Part shown: positions 1 through 11,699 of the stretch, one piece after another | Numbering within the stretch: the stretch's first letter is position 1 | Layout of the letters: each line of letters starts with the position of its first letter | From: Octopus sinensis | Taxonomy: Eukaryota | NCBI RefSeq assembly: GCF_006345805.1 | Contig: NC_043008.1 | Location: 77,686,001 to 77,750,000 of the forward strand | Length of the DNA: 64,000 nt | Direction of reading: 5' to 3' | Translations under genes and position numbers: made by a program | Notes under the pieces: model-generated | Seen by the model: only the letters and a program-made list of their open reading frames with translations | Databases searched by the model: none | What the model was told of the DNA's origin: nothing

Positions 1-2865
1 TAGTGACAGTATCGTTGGGACAATGAGTTCTAGAAAAAGTTTTCCTATCAACACACTGTCAGTAGAGGGTCCAGATATCGTCTTACATAGTTTGAGACGA
101 ACTGGAACTAAGAACAAGTGCAAATGAAAAGTGGGGACGAACAAATTTAAAGAGGAGGGAGTTCTTCAATTCATATTTCTTCGACGTGAATATGAAGCAT
201 GAACTACAAAGCATTAAAAAAAGGGCGCGGAAGAAATACATTGATTATCTGGAAAAGAAATTGCAAGATTCTTCAACAAATCACACAGAGAGATAAAGAA
301 AGGGAGAATGAGAGGGAACGGGACAGTCGCTTAAAAGCAATAAGCACTTTTTTTTCTGGAGGATTTTAGGGATTTCATCTTCGAACTATCGTCGACTCCC
401 TTTTGGAATTCAAAAGAAAAAAGTAAGGATAAGTACAAATTACTCCACTTTATAGTCATTCTGCATCAGCTGCAAGACTGGTGGAATTTAAACCTGCTTG
501 GGTGTCCGATGACTGGGGTGTGGGAAAATAGGATACCAACTCGATGGCTCTAAGTCACTAGTCTTGGATCGGTCATTAGTATTTATAGAGGATTGGAATT
601 GTATCTGATCGAACTCCGGAATCGTGTGAATGAGTGCTTAGGAAATAGTTTATCATTAGCAAGCAGAGTCATATTGGCCGAATAGCTTTTGTAAAACTAG
701 ATGTTATACTATGGTAGTCTACTTCTGGTAGGTATAGCGATTCTACGTAGAATCTTGCTGTTTCGTCAGCAAACCAAATTTCAAAAGATGATGATAAGCT
801 GAGACTTCGATTGGTGTTTCATTCTCTGTTGACCTGTACACCTCGTGCCCTATAACGTGTGACCCTAGTTAACAACCTGAACTCACGTAACATGGCCTGT
901 AATACCCTTTTACTTTTGAAAGGCTAAGCTTTCACTTATAAGACCGAAAGCCCTTTAGGTCGTTTTCATTTTATAACTATGAAATCAATACTAATGCCTT
1001 TATAAGGCGGCACGGCACAAGACAGATATCTAATAGATGTTCAACATAGAATCTGAAAGATTCCATTACTATTTGACATAACAAACAATAATACTGGAGC
1101 TAAAGTTTGAACAAGCGCAACAACTATGATATGCTTTTAAAGAAAACTATGATGCTCATACATTTCCCATATGCTGAAGAGTGGAGCGGAGGAACATTGT
1201 TTAAAATGGAATTCGCATCCTGGGCATAGATTCACCAAAAATAGAAGAAAATAGGAAATGACTGGAAAACATGAAAATAGAGAATATGGCTTTTCCGAGG
1301 TATGTCCTCATCTTTAAAGGTGAAATATGCTTTAAAATTTACCTTTATTTGATCTCTTGTTATTCCTCAAGTGTTATTCCCATATATGAACTAGGAACTT
1401 TTCTTTCTAAACTAACTCTTTTCTCATCCTTCTGACTACTGACGATTGTTGATTTAACTTTGCAAGTTTAGTTTATAGTTCAATATTTTTGTTGAAGTAA
1501 ACAGCTGGAGACAGCAGCCTAATGTTGCTATGTTGTCTGTAGAGCTCTTCTTTCTCGATTAAATCCACATTATCAAACAATACCGGAAGTTGTGGGATCA
1601 AAAAGAATACTTTCCTGATGGTGTTGTTTTTCTCTAAGTCTGCTAGACATGTTATATAAACATGTGTTTATATAACGAATAAGCAGTAATGAACCTAGAA
1701 AATTAACAACTCCTTTAGATGAACACCCTTCCTTGAGGCAATGTAAGGTGGTAGATAACTAAATAAAGAAACCATTTACCTAATTTCAAATAAAACTACT
1801 TGTCATCAACCAAAATAGAATTTAATGATATTTTGCAACGAATGGACATGCATGTTTGTTTGGATAAGGTAGGTTACAAGAGCTGGGCCCAAAGGTTCGC
1901 ATCATACCAGCAGAAACTACATTAGGACTCATTCTGAAATAACCCTGTCTACCGATATTCTACATGTTATTGGTTAGGTATCCTGTCTTTTAGCAGCAGC
2001 AGAACAATAAAATGTAAAATTGTTTCGTTAGATTTCTGTACTGAGTTCAGCTGCTGAGAGTAGTAGTGTAGGTTTGAGAGTTTAGGATGCCCATCAACCA
2101 TATCGTCCATGAACAAACCATGAATACAGATAGGTTTTGATCTCTGGGTAGCTTTCGTTTGAACTAATAGAACTGTTTGTTATTGAAATTATTTTCGTCA
2201 TACAATATAACGATACAATTTCAAAGAGTTAATATTGCCAATTTTAGATTTAACATTTTATTTTTTTTAGTATAGGTTTATAGGAGAACTATTCTTTTAT
2301 ATGTGCCTCTGCTAAGAGCATTGCAGTCAAAAATATATCGATGTGTTGTAAACCTATAACTGAAATCCTATTGCAGTCTTGGACCACCAAATGCTTACTT
2401 TTAATTTTACTGTTCCCGCTGCTCAGTGATTAGTAGATATATAGGAACATTGCTGTGTAATATATATATGTGTGTGTGTGCGCGTGTGCGTGCGTTTGTT
2501 TGTGGGTGTGTGTGTGTGTGTCTGCGAGCGTATATTTTGACTATAAGAAGAATGTTACAGTTGATACTGTTTAACTAAAATATAAATAGTTATGATGACA
2601 AGGGACAGTATTTCTCTGTTGCATCAAGAGCATTCCAAAATTTATAAATATTTTGTTAGCTTATAATGTTGGTATCATATCTTTCCTAAAGACAAATATC
2701 TGCATTGTGCTGGAGCTGCATATAGAAGCAACAGAAATGATAGTTCGATGATGTAATCCATGTTCTGTTAGAAGATGGAAAATTTAATGAAAAGATCACG
2801 TTAATTTTTAAGAAAAATAATCTGGTACCAGGGTATATTAAACTGAATTCAATTCATCAGTATTA

Positions 2866-3160
2866 AATTGCTTGGGGTCTAGTTCGATCCAGATCTCTAG
2901 GTAGAGAAAAACTGGGACGAGGTGGCGAGCAGGGTGGCCAAAACCACCCAGAAATGGGCTGAGAGAAAGCTATCCCAGAAAGATCGGGCAGAGGTGGTGA
3001 ATGTGCAAATCAGATCCGTCATCTACTACCGCTTCACCGTCTTGCCCTGTCCTGGTTCGAATCTGGTCAAACTGAAGCACCTACTTCTCCGCTTTCTGTG
3101 GAAGGGGCGCGTTCCACTGGTCAGGCGCTCTATTTGCTGCCAACACCCACCAAATGGTAA
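2866..3160 (+). pseudogene. Tx1/L1-clade LINE ORF2 fragment (post-RT region)
   Basis: Translates as LLGV*FDPDL*VEKNWDEVASRVAKTTQKWAERKLSQKDRAEVVN..IYYRFTVLPCP..LRFLWKGRVPLVRRSICCQHP, a typical Tx1-type RT C-terminal segment with stops. Confidence 0.75.
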
Positions 3161-3255
3161 GTCGTGTAAACAATAAAAGAACAATCGAATATAATAACCC
3201 TTTGTAGATAATGAAATCATCATTATTTTTATTTTATTTTATTTTATTATCGCTA

Positions 3256-3999
3256 GACAAGTGGGTACCACACGAACTGAACGAGCAGCAAATAAAGTAT
3301 CGTCTAGAAATTTGCTGTTCTTAGCTGTCACGGCATAAAAGCGAACCCTTTTTGCATCGTATTGTTATGTGTGACGAAAAATAGATTCTTTTCAACAATA
3401 GCCAGCGTTCTGCACGGATCCAGATGAAGTGCCAAAACACAATCCAAAACAGAATATTCACCAAAAAAACTAATGGTGTCTGTTTGGTGGTTCAGCGCTG
3501 GTGTCACCCACTATAGCTTTATGAGACCTGATAAAGTCAATTACAGCGGATGTATACATCAACCAATTGGCTGAAATGATGAGTGAACTTACAATTAAAC
3601 AACTGAGATTGGTCAATAGAGACAGGCCAATTCTCTGGCAAGACAATACTCGACCACATGTTGCACAAAGAACGCTACTCAAGTTACAGGAACTGAACTT
3701 GCAAGTACTCTGTCACCTACTATATTCACCAGCACTTGCACCATCTGACTATCACGTTTTCCAGTCATTAGACAACTTAATCTGAAGAAGCTGTCAAAAC
3801 AGCTTTTCGTGATTGATTTCATCACTTCTTGCTTTCCAGAATTCTTCGCTGCCGGCATAAATAAGCTACCGAGAAAATGGCAAAATTGTGTTGATATAAT
3901 TTAAATACATACTTTGATTAATTGCGCTGCTTTTTGTAGAGATAAAATAAAATAAACTTTCAGTTCAAATTCGGACATTTCATTCTTAATGACTTGCTA
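3256..3999 (+). mobile_element. Degenerate 5'-truncated mariner transposon
   Basis: KWVPHEL, CDEK*I, KLMVSVWW, QDNTRPH and YSPALAPSDYHVF motifs with stops and frameshifts; TIR-like end near 3970-3999. Confidence 0.9.
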
Positions 4000-4008
4000 T
4001 TATTGATA

Positions 4009-4865
4009 AAGCGGCGAGCTGGCAGAAACGTTAGCACGCCGGACGAAATGCGCAGCCGTATTTCGTCAGCCGTTACGTTCTGAGTTCAAATTCCGCCGAG
4101 AGCGACTTTGCCTTTCATCCTTTCGGGGTCGATAAATTAAGTACCAGTTACGCACTGGGGTCGATGTAATCGACTTAATCCGTTTGTCTGTCCTTATTTG
4201 TCCTCTCTGTGTTTAGCCCCTTGTAGTTAGTAAAGAAATAGGTATTTTGTCTTTCACTAGGATCTGAGTTCAAATTCCGCCAAAGTCGACTTAGCCTTTC
4301 AGCCTTTCGGGGTCGATAAATTAGGTACAATGAAATTCTGGAGTCGATATAATCGACTAGTCACCTCCCCAAAAATTTCTGGCCCTGTACCTATAATAGA
4401 AAGGATTATTATTATCAATAAGGCAGCGAGCTTGCAGAATCGTTGGCGCCCTGGACAAAATGCTTAGCGGTATTTCGTCTGTCGCTACGTTCTGAGTTTA
4501 AATTCCACTGCGGTCGACTTTATCTTTCAACCTTTAGTGAATGATAAAATAACACTGGGGTCGATGTGATCGACTCATCCCTCGCAAAAAATTGCTGCCC
4601 TTGTGGCAAAATTTGAAACATTTATTATTGTTATTAAAAGCGACTAGCTGGCAGAATCGTTAGTTCGCTGGGCGAAATGCTTAGCGATATTTCGACAGTC
4701 CTTACGTTCTGAATTCAAATTCCGCCGAGGTCGACTTTGCCTTTCATCCTTTTGGATGAAACACTGGGGTCGATGTAACTCACTACCCACTTCACAACAA
4801 ATTCCAGGCCCTGTGTCTATAGTAGAAAGGATTATTATTATTGTTATTATTATTATTATTATTAT
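4009..4865 (+). mobile_element. Chain of four tRNA-derived SINE copies (family A): ~4009-4245, 4258-4415, 4421-4630, 4637-4865
   Basis: A-box-like TGGCAGAAACGTTAG, B-box GTTCAAATTCC, shared body GTCGACTTTGCCTTTCATCCTTTCGGGGTCGATAAA, (ATT)n tails. Confidence 0.85.
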
Positions 4866-4938
4866 TAGCAGAATCATTTGCACGCCAACTTAACCTCTCC
4901 CTCCACAAATGCAGGTGATGTACCAAAACTTGAAATTT

Positions 4939-4994
<56 letters not shown>

Positions 4995-5061
4995 ATACTA
5001 TTACTATTTCAAGACTGAAGTTACTCTTCAAGAAGTTAACGAAAGGAGAGCGCGAATGTTA

Positions 5062-5900
5062 TCTGTATATATATATAAGGCAAGATGTGTGTGTGTGTGT
5101 ACGTGATTGTAGTTTATGCACATCCACAAATTAGCAAGCATGTCGCTCAAATTTTAGGAGGACATTCGTCAACATCCTATCCGGGCTTTGTCAACTTATT
5201 TTTTTCCCGAGGCACCTGCAGATAGCGGTAAAATTCTATTTTCAGCCATAGCTTTTAGCCATAAAAATATCAGCCATAGCTTTTTGACGGCGTCTAACAA
5301 AAAAGAAAGAAAAGTGGAAGAGGGGCAGAGAGTTTCACGGGAAAGACAAAGTGAGAGAGGGAGAGAGAAAGTGACGATGTTTATAAAAATCTATTTTCAG
5401 CCATAGCTTTTTGACGGCGACTAACAAAAAAAAATAAGATAAAGAAAAGTGGAAGAGAGTTTCACGGCGTCTAAACAAAAAAAGGGGAAAGACAAAGTGA
5501 GAGATAGAGAGAGGGAGAGAGAGAGAGAGTAAGTGACGACGTTCATGAAAAATAAAATGTAAAATGTTTTGTTTTTTCTTAAACACGAGATATAGCGTTC
5601 AAATTCAGGATGTTTTTGAAAGACACTATATTTTATAATCATAGTATATATACTTTCTCACACAACAATTACAATACATTTATTTTAAATCATTTATTTA
5701 TTTTAAATCCTTCATCTTTCTCCCCCGCCTCTCTGTCTCACAGACATTACTTTAGGTGCGAAAGAGTTTTGTTTTTATTTTGCGCCGAGTAAAAAAGTGT
5801 TTTGTTGAGAGTCGATATTACTTAGTTTGGTTTGAAATAAGGAACTTAATTAGCTTAATAATCGTAACTTAATCCCGGCAAGGCTGGGTTATACTGCTAG
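5062..5900 (+). mobile_element. Complete non-autonomous Helitron-type element
   Basis: A|TC 5' end, subterminal hairpin CCCGGC-AAG-GCTGGG (5874-5888), CTAG|T 3' end, no TSD; internal ~150 bp tandem duplication. Confidence 0.75.
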
Positions 5901-6169
5901 TTGGTAATAAATAGAGATTGACTTCGTCTATCTTTTACATGTTCAAAATATAAAAGGAAATTAAATTCAAAGATAGGAAACGCTGAAACATTCAAAATTA
6001 AACCGGAATAACTGCGTTTCTTTCAAAGTAAAACGATGTCTTCTGGCTTTGGTCTTTCACAAAAGGTAGCAGAAGGAAGGAAAGAAAGAAAAAAACAAAA
6101 AGAAAGAAAAGAATTGGAGAAATAATTATTCAGTCAAAAAGTTTAGTATAAATATGGTGGAATTCACCT

Positions 6170-8420
6170 GACATTTTATTAATCCCTCCTGGCTGAGGTG
6201 TCAACAGCTTACAAATATATCTATCCCTATGGGTTTTGAGGACGGAATGTACAGTAGAATGAGGGTATTTTTTGAGAATGTGCGCCTTTAGGACTTCCTC
6301 AAATTTACACTCGTGAAATGCTCCGCAAGTTCCGTGGAACCACTGTTATTTTGCCTGGCGTCGTACCTATGTTCGTTAAATCCTTTTTTGCAATCGTTTT
6401 GCAACCAACATAAATCATTTTGTGTTTGGTGCATTCTGCAGCATACGCCAAATGGAAATCCTTACAAATCCCACCTTCTGTGTAAATCATAACATTTCTA
6501 TTATAATTCATGGTGGAATTGGTCTGACTCATGTTATTGCACAGTGAACAGGCGTTACCTCTCTTATGGGTGGTTTTGGAGGTGCAGCGTTCAGAAACTC
6601 CAATGGACTTTTTATTAACGACACTGGTCAATATTTCTCTAATGTTTCTATTACGTTTAGAGTCTACAATAGGCGGAAAAGGAAATATTTGTCGGAAATG
6701 AGGATATTTTTCTGAAATATGTTGGTAATTGTCATGCAACACTTTTGAAATGCCAGCGAAACTTAGGTGTCAGTTAATCACTAAAGCAATTCGGCCATAA
6801 ACTCTTTTCTGACTGCTAAACTTAGGCTTGAAAGTTTGATTATCACTATTAATTTCAGGTATGTCAGTCGCGATTTCCTTAAAAAATTGATTCACTATAA
6901 TCACACTTTACATAATGAGGCACAGAAGTATTTGCATGTTTCCAATAATCCCCAATTTCTGTGCAAATACGTCTTATCCTCAAAAACTGGGACTTCGGAT
7001 TTGATCTGATTGTATGATGTGGATGATCAGAGGGGCGGTGGAGATAAATATAACATGACGTGGGTTTGCAAAATAATTCTGTGACTACTCGGCTGTCCAA
7101 TAAACTTGACTTTTGTGTCCAAAAGTTTGACTCTAGTTTTTGAAAAGCTCGATGTGAATTTTATTTTGGACTTAAAGCGAAGTAGTCACAGAAATGTAAA
7201 CATTTGACTGAACTATCCTGTGTTCCTAACCAGATAAAAAAGACGTCGTCAATGAACCGTAACGAGAGTATAGATTCATGATCATGCAGAGATTTGAATG
7301 TCTCCATTAATTGCATTTCAAATTTTGTGATGAAGCCATTTGCGAAACTAAGTGACATAGAGGTACCCATGGCGCATTCCAAATTTGTTGGAAAAATTTT
7401 TCTCCAAATTTCATTGTGTTACTTCATAAACACAAATTTTAATAATTTACAGAGAAACTTTGAGGGAATACTTTTCTTTGACAGTTTTTCAAAGGCTTTC
7501 ATGCATGCTTCCATCACCTTGTCATGATCGATGTTGGGGTATAAGGAAGAAACATCCATGGTTACCAAAAAAACAGTCCATAATACTACTTCGGTGTTTA
7601 AAAAACTTGTTCAGTTTGGAAACAAAATCAATAGTATCCCGAACGTAGGTACTTGAGCTTTTAGTTACGAAGAGCAGAAAGTCATCCAGCCATTCCGAAA
7701 TTTTAACAGTGTAACATTCATACCCACTGCAAATTTGGTGCAATGGAAGAGTTTTTTTCGAATTTTTTATGCATTTTTGGAAGACCGTAAAATGCAGGTG
7801 TTCTTTCTGAACGTAATAGCTTAGATTCCGTGTTAATTATGAAATTTTTTCCTGCATTTCCAAAATTATTTTATCAAGTTCCTCTCTGTAATTGAGGTTT
7901 AGATCTACAGATTTCACATGCTGAAATGTACTCGCCCTTGTCGATAATTACAATAGGACCTCCTTTACCTGCCATTTCAATAACAGTAGAATCATTGTTT
8001 GCTAGGCGAGGGAGTGCGCTACGCTGCAAACCCGTAAGGTTATTCCAGCTCTTTTTCTCACAGGTTTTAAGGCTTTCCGTAGTTCCTCTCTGACGAGGTT
8101 CGAGAAATTCCGATAGTGCTTGTGACCGTCCCTCCCGAACTTTATCCAGATACCAATTTGGATTCTTTAAAATCCAATTATACCAGATTCGATCATCATC
8201 ATTTCTTTCAACAGACATGGAGTTTTCTGACACCCCGTTACTAATTCTTTCAAAAAAACATTCTTGGAGCTTGTGACTGCCAACAAACTGATATATTCCT
8301 TGTGTTAATTTACGTTTGTCAAAATTCTTAGTGCTTTGGCAGAAACTAAGTCCAAGTTCTGGCGAAAATTTGAACTTTGATAAATTTATTAACTTTGATA
8401 AATTAATTTGTTTTCTAACA
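6170..8420 (-). mobile_element. Degenerate Penelope-like retroelement (RT + GIY-YIG endonuclease)
   Basis: INLSKFKFSPELGLSF, GKGGPIVIIDK, YVRDTIDF, MGTSMSLSFAN, LRFIDDVFFIW, CKPTSCYIYLH..HP, CSLC..AYAAECTKHKMIYVG, DRYICKLLTPQPGGINK appear in order on the minus strand. Confidence 0.9.
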
Positions 8421-8639
8421 TGGTTGATTTTCTTGATCTAGCGTACTCCTCAGCATTACTTGCATCAACTCTCTTTTGGGGTGTTTTGAAGGAAATCTTC
8501 ACTTAGAACACGAAATCTGTTAGGTACCAAAAAATGCTGTTGATAATTCTGTGAGTGGTCATAACTGTTACCCGTCTTTCTTGGAGTAACCCATTTCTGG
8601 GTGGGTGATAAAAAACATGAGTTGTTTCGTTCAATTGGC

Positions 8640-9030
8640 ATTTGAAATACTTCCTTTTTTGGGGGGGGGGGGGAACAAATTTATTGTTTTCAAGACAAAA
8701 TTGAAAACGGCCTCACAGTTTTGATTGACCAAATCGAAACTTTTCTGCAGAGTCTCCAATGACCAGCTCAAATGCATATGTAAGCGTAAGAAGACCACAA
8801 TCGTACGGACTAACCTGGGGATTAATAATTTCAACTTGTTTAATTGTAGGTGTTATGTTGTTTTGTGGCGAGTAGAGAGTAGTTATCTGTGCGGTTAGTT
8901 CTTGTAAGACGGATAAATTTAAACTGTCATATACATAGACGTCTCCGAAAACATTTGCTAACAAAGTGAAATGTTTGTTTTGCGTGTGGTGTATGAACAA
9001 AGTGCGGTGTGGACAATACGTTAGAAAATC
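8640..9030 (-). pseudogene. Ulp1/C48 (SUMO protease-like) cysteine peptidase domain upstream of the PLE ORF
   Basis: FIHHTQNKHFTLL..VYVYDSLN..PQVSPYDCGLLTLTYAFEL..G..FRFGQSKL*GRFQFCLENNKFVP retains His, Asp, Gln and Cys in C48 order. Confidence 0.7.
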
Positions 9031-9093
9031 CCCACTGTCCTTTGTGTCGTCCCTTTATTTTGTGCGGGGCCGTTATGAGCAATAAAGAAATTA

Positions 9094-9146
<53 letters not shown>

Positions 9147-9700
9147 GAGTGAAAGAGCAGTGCATGCCATCAAAGTGACACTGGGGTAAAATATACGAAG
9201 CCCAATATACCCATCATGACTACCCGTCTGATAAAGGTACACCAGGCACATGCATCACAACCATATGTGCGCGACATGGTGATCTCATATCAAGATAAAC
9301 AGCACATGACCTTGCAGGTGGGGCCCAGTTAGAATTTTCTTCAGGTTGAGTAGCCCATCCCGCTCAAAAGGTCCCTGAATAAGGGTTGTTTAAGGATGTT
9401 GAAAGAACCACCCATGTTTCCAGAGGTGAATTATTCAAACCCCAAAGAATCCCTCTCAACACATGGCTATGATGCTCCCCCACTACTTCTGCTCGTGATC
9501 AGAGATGCACATATCGTCAGCCACTAAGGGACATGCTCAACTGGTTAAGGTCAAACAACTGACAAGCAAATCTGTGGTATTGAGCAGAATATTTGCTGTA
9601 GCCCATCTTTTATACCAAGACAAAACAATATACATGATAACACTTCCAATCAGTTAAGATCAGAAGCTATGAGAGCCACTGCCTGGTACTGCATCAGGGC
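9147..9700. repeat. Interspersed ~550 bp repeat flanked by (ATT)n, copy 1
   Basis: Colinear homolog at 57966-58470; no coding or tRNA signature seen. Confidence 0.8.
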
Positions 9701-9723
9701 ATTTATTATTATTATTATTATTA

Positions 9724-9767
<44 letters not shown>

Positions 9768-10141
9768 GAGTAATGATTTTTGCCAACATAACATGACATT
9801 CCTAGTTTAGGACGAATGTTGCTGTAATCTAGCCCCAGGAGACATCGTCTCCAGCTGGCTATACAACGCGATCTGTGTCCTTATATTTTCGAACAAGGGA
9901 ATCTAGCACCCCAACTCAGCTCAAAATAATATTTGTGTATCGCGAAGGGAAATAACCAGGAAATCGCGATACACAGATATTATTTTAAGCTGAGTGGGGG
10001 TGCTAGATTCCCTTTCTTGAAAATATAGGGACACAGATCATGTTGTATAGCCCGCTGGAGACGATGTCTCCTGGGCCTAAATTACAGCAACATTCGTCCT
10101 CAACCAGAACTGCTATGTTATGTTGACAAAAATCTTTACTC
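9768..10141. mobile_element. Foldback/MITE-like palindromic element
   Basis: Arms 9768-9945 and 9964-10141 are reverse complements with scattered mismatches; ~18 bp spacer. Confidence 0.8.
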
Positions 10142-10199
10142 CAAAGTACTGTTGCTGGATGCCTCTCGTTGTGAGATTTAAAAATAGTAATTTTCTAAA

Positions 10200-10230
<31 letters not shown>

Positions 10231-10268
10231 TTTATTATTGTTGTTGTTATTATTATTATTATTATTAC

Positions 10269-10322
<54 letters not shown>

Positions 10323-10345
10323 CATTATTATTATTATTATTATTA

Positions 10346-10376
<31 letters not shown>

Positions 10377-10700
10377 AGGCGGTGAGCTGGCAGAATCGTT
10401 AGCACGCCGGCTGAAATGCTTAACGGGATTTCGTCCGTCTTTACGATCTGAGTTCAAATTTCCCGAGGTCGACTTTGCCTTTCATCCTTTCAGGGTCGAT
10501 GAAATACGTGCTAGCTACGCACTGGGTCGATGTATTCGACTAACCCCTCTCCCAAAATTTAATGCCTTGTGCCTTTAGTAGAAATGATTATTATTTTTCA
10601 GGTAGCGGAAAATCGCTAAGCAACGTTTTTTCCAGGTTTACATTCTATGTTCGGAAGCCACTGAGTTCAGCTTTGTGTTTCATCCTTTCAGGGTTGATAA
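10377..10700 (+). mobile_element. SINE family A copies (10377-10590 and degenerate 10600-10700)
   Basis: GGCGGTGAGCTGGCAGAATCGTTAG..GTTCAAATT..CTTTCATCCTTTCAGGGT. Confidence 0.8.
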
Positions 10701-10703
10701 ATT

Positions 10704-10804
10704 AAGTACTAATTGATCACTGGGGTCGACATAATCGACTAGCCCCCTCCCCAAAATTTCTGACCTTGTGCCAAAATTTGAAACCATCATTGTTGTTGTT
10801 GTTA

Positions 10805-10865
<61 letters not shown>

Positions 10866-10973
10866 GTACTAATTGATCACTGGGGTCGACATAATCGACT
10901 AGCCCCCTCCCCAAAATTTCTGACCTTGTGCCAAAATTTGAAACCATCATTGTTGTTGTTGTTGTTGTTGTTA

Positions 10974-11034
<61 letters not shown>

Positions 11035-11142
11035 GTACTAATTGATCACTGGGGTCGACATAATCGACTAGCCCCCTCCCCAAAATTTCTGACCTTGTGC
11101 CAAAATTTGAAACCATCATTGTTGTTGTTATTGTTGTTGTTA

Positions 11143-11188
<46 letters not shown>

Positions 11189-11296
11189 GTACTAATTGAT
11201 CACTGGGGTCGACATAATCGACTAGCCCCCTCCCCAAAATTTCTGACCTTGTGCCAAAATTTGAAACCATCATTGTTGTTGTTGTTGTTGTTGTTA

Positions 11297-11347
<51 letters not shown>

Positions 11348-11355
11348 TATTATTA
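10704..11355 (+). repeat. Tandem array of four SINE 3'-half + (GTT)(ATT)n units
   Basis: Unit AAGTACTAATTGATCACTGGGGTCGAC...GAAACCATC starts at 10704, 10864, 11033 and 11187. Confidence 0.9.
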
Positions 11356-11480
11356 TTTTCTACTCTAGGCAAAAGGCCCAAAATTAGACCGACCCCACTA
11401 CGCAAATGGTACTTAATTTATCGACCCCGAAAGGATGAAAGGCAAAGTCGATCTTGGCAGAATTTGAATTCAGAACGTGT
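11355..11480 (-). mobile_element. SINE family A fragment
   Basis: Reverse complement of the family A body (ATCGACCCCGAAAGGATGAAAGGCAAAGTCGA). Confidence 0.75.
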
Positions 11481-11699
11481 TATAGAGAGACTGTCCATGT
11501 TCTTATTTGATAAATTTAATCGCTTGCTCAGTATAACATCACCACCACCACCATGGCTACAACGTAGAATACTGGGTGATCCTTTCAGTTCTTAGTTGAC
11601 TGAGTCAACAGAGTGTCGGACAGTCCACTGAAAGTTGGGACTGGTTGGTATTCTGTCCGGAATGCCTAATATTTCAAAGTATATTAGGTAGTATATTGT

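Noticed and set aside
1-1300. Possible LINE endonuclease/ORF1 remnants
   Set aside because: Only faint motif echoes (e.g. TDPRLVT on minus); too degraded to call
3140-3165. Splice donor ATG|GTAAGT at the end of the Tx1 fragment (exonisation)
   Set aside because: No matching acceptor, and upstream stops; likely coincidental at the junction
3782-3810. CTGAAGA followed by hairpin AGCTGT/ACAGCT
   Set aside because: No GAAA or cleavage triplet; lies in mariner coding sequence
8713-8715. In-frame TGA as selenocysteine
   Set aside because: The position fits an Arg (CGA to TGA decay), not a Cys site; no SECIS recognised; the element is otherwise degenerate
10704-11355. CRISPR-like repeat-spacer array
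   Set aside because: Repeats are SINE halves, spacers are microsatellites, the context is eukaryotic and there are no cas genes
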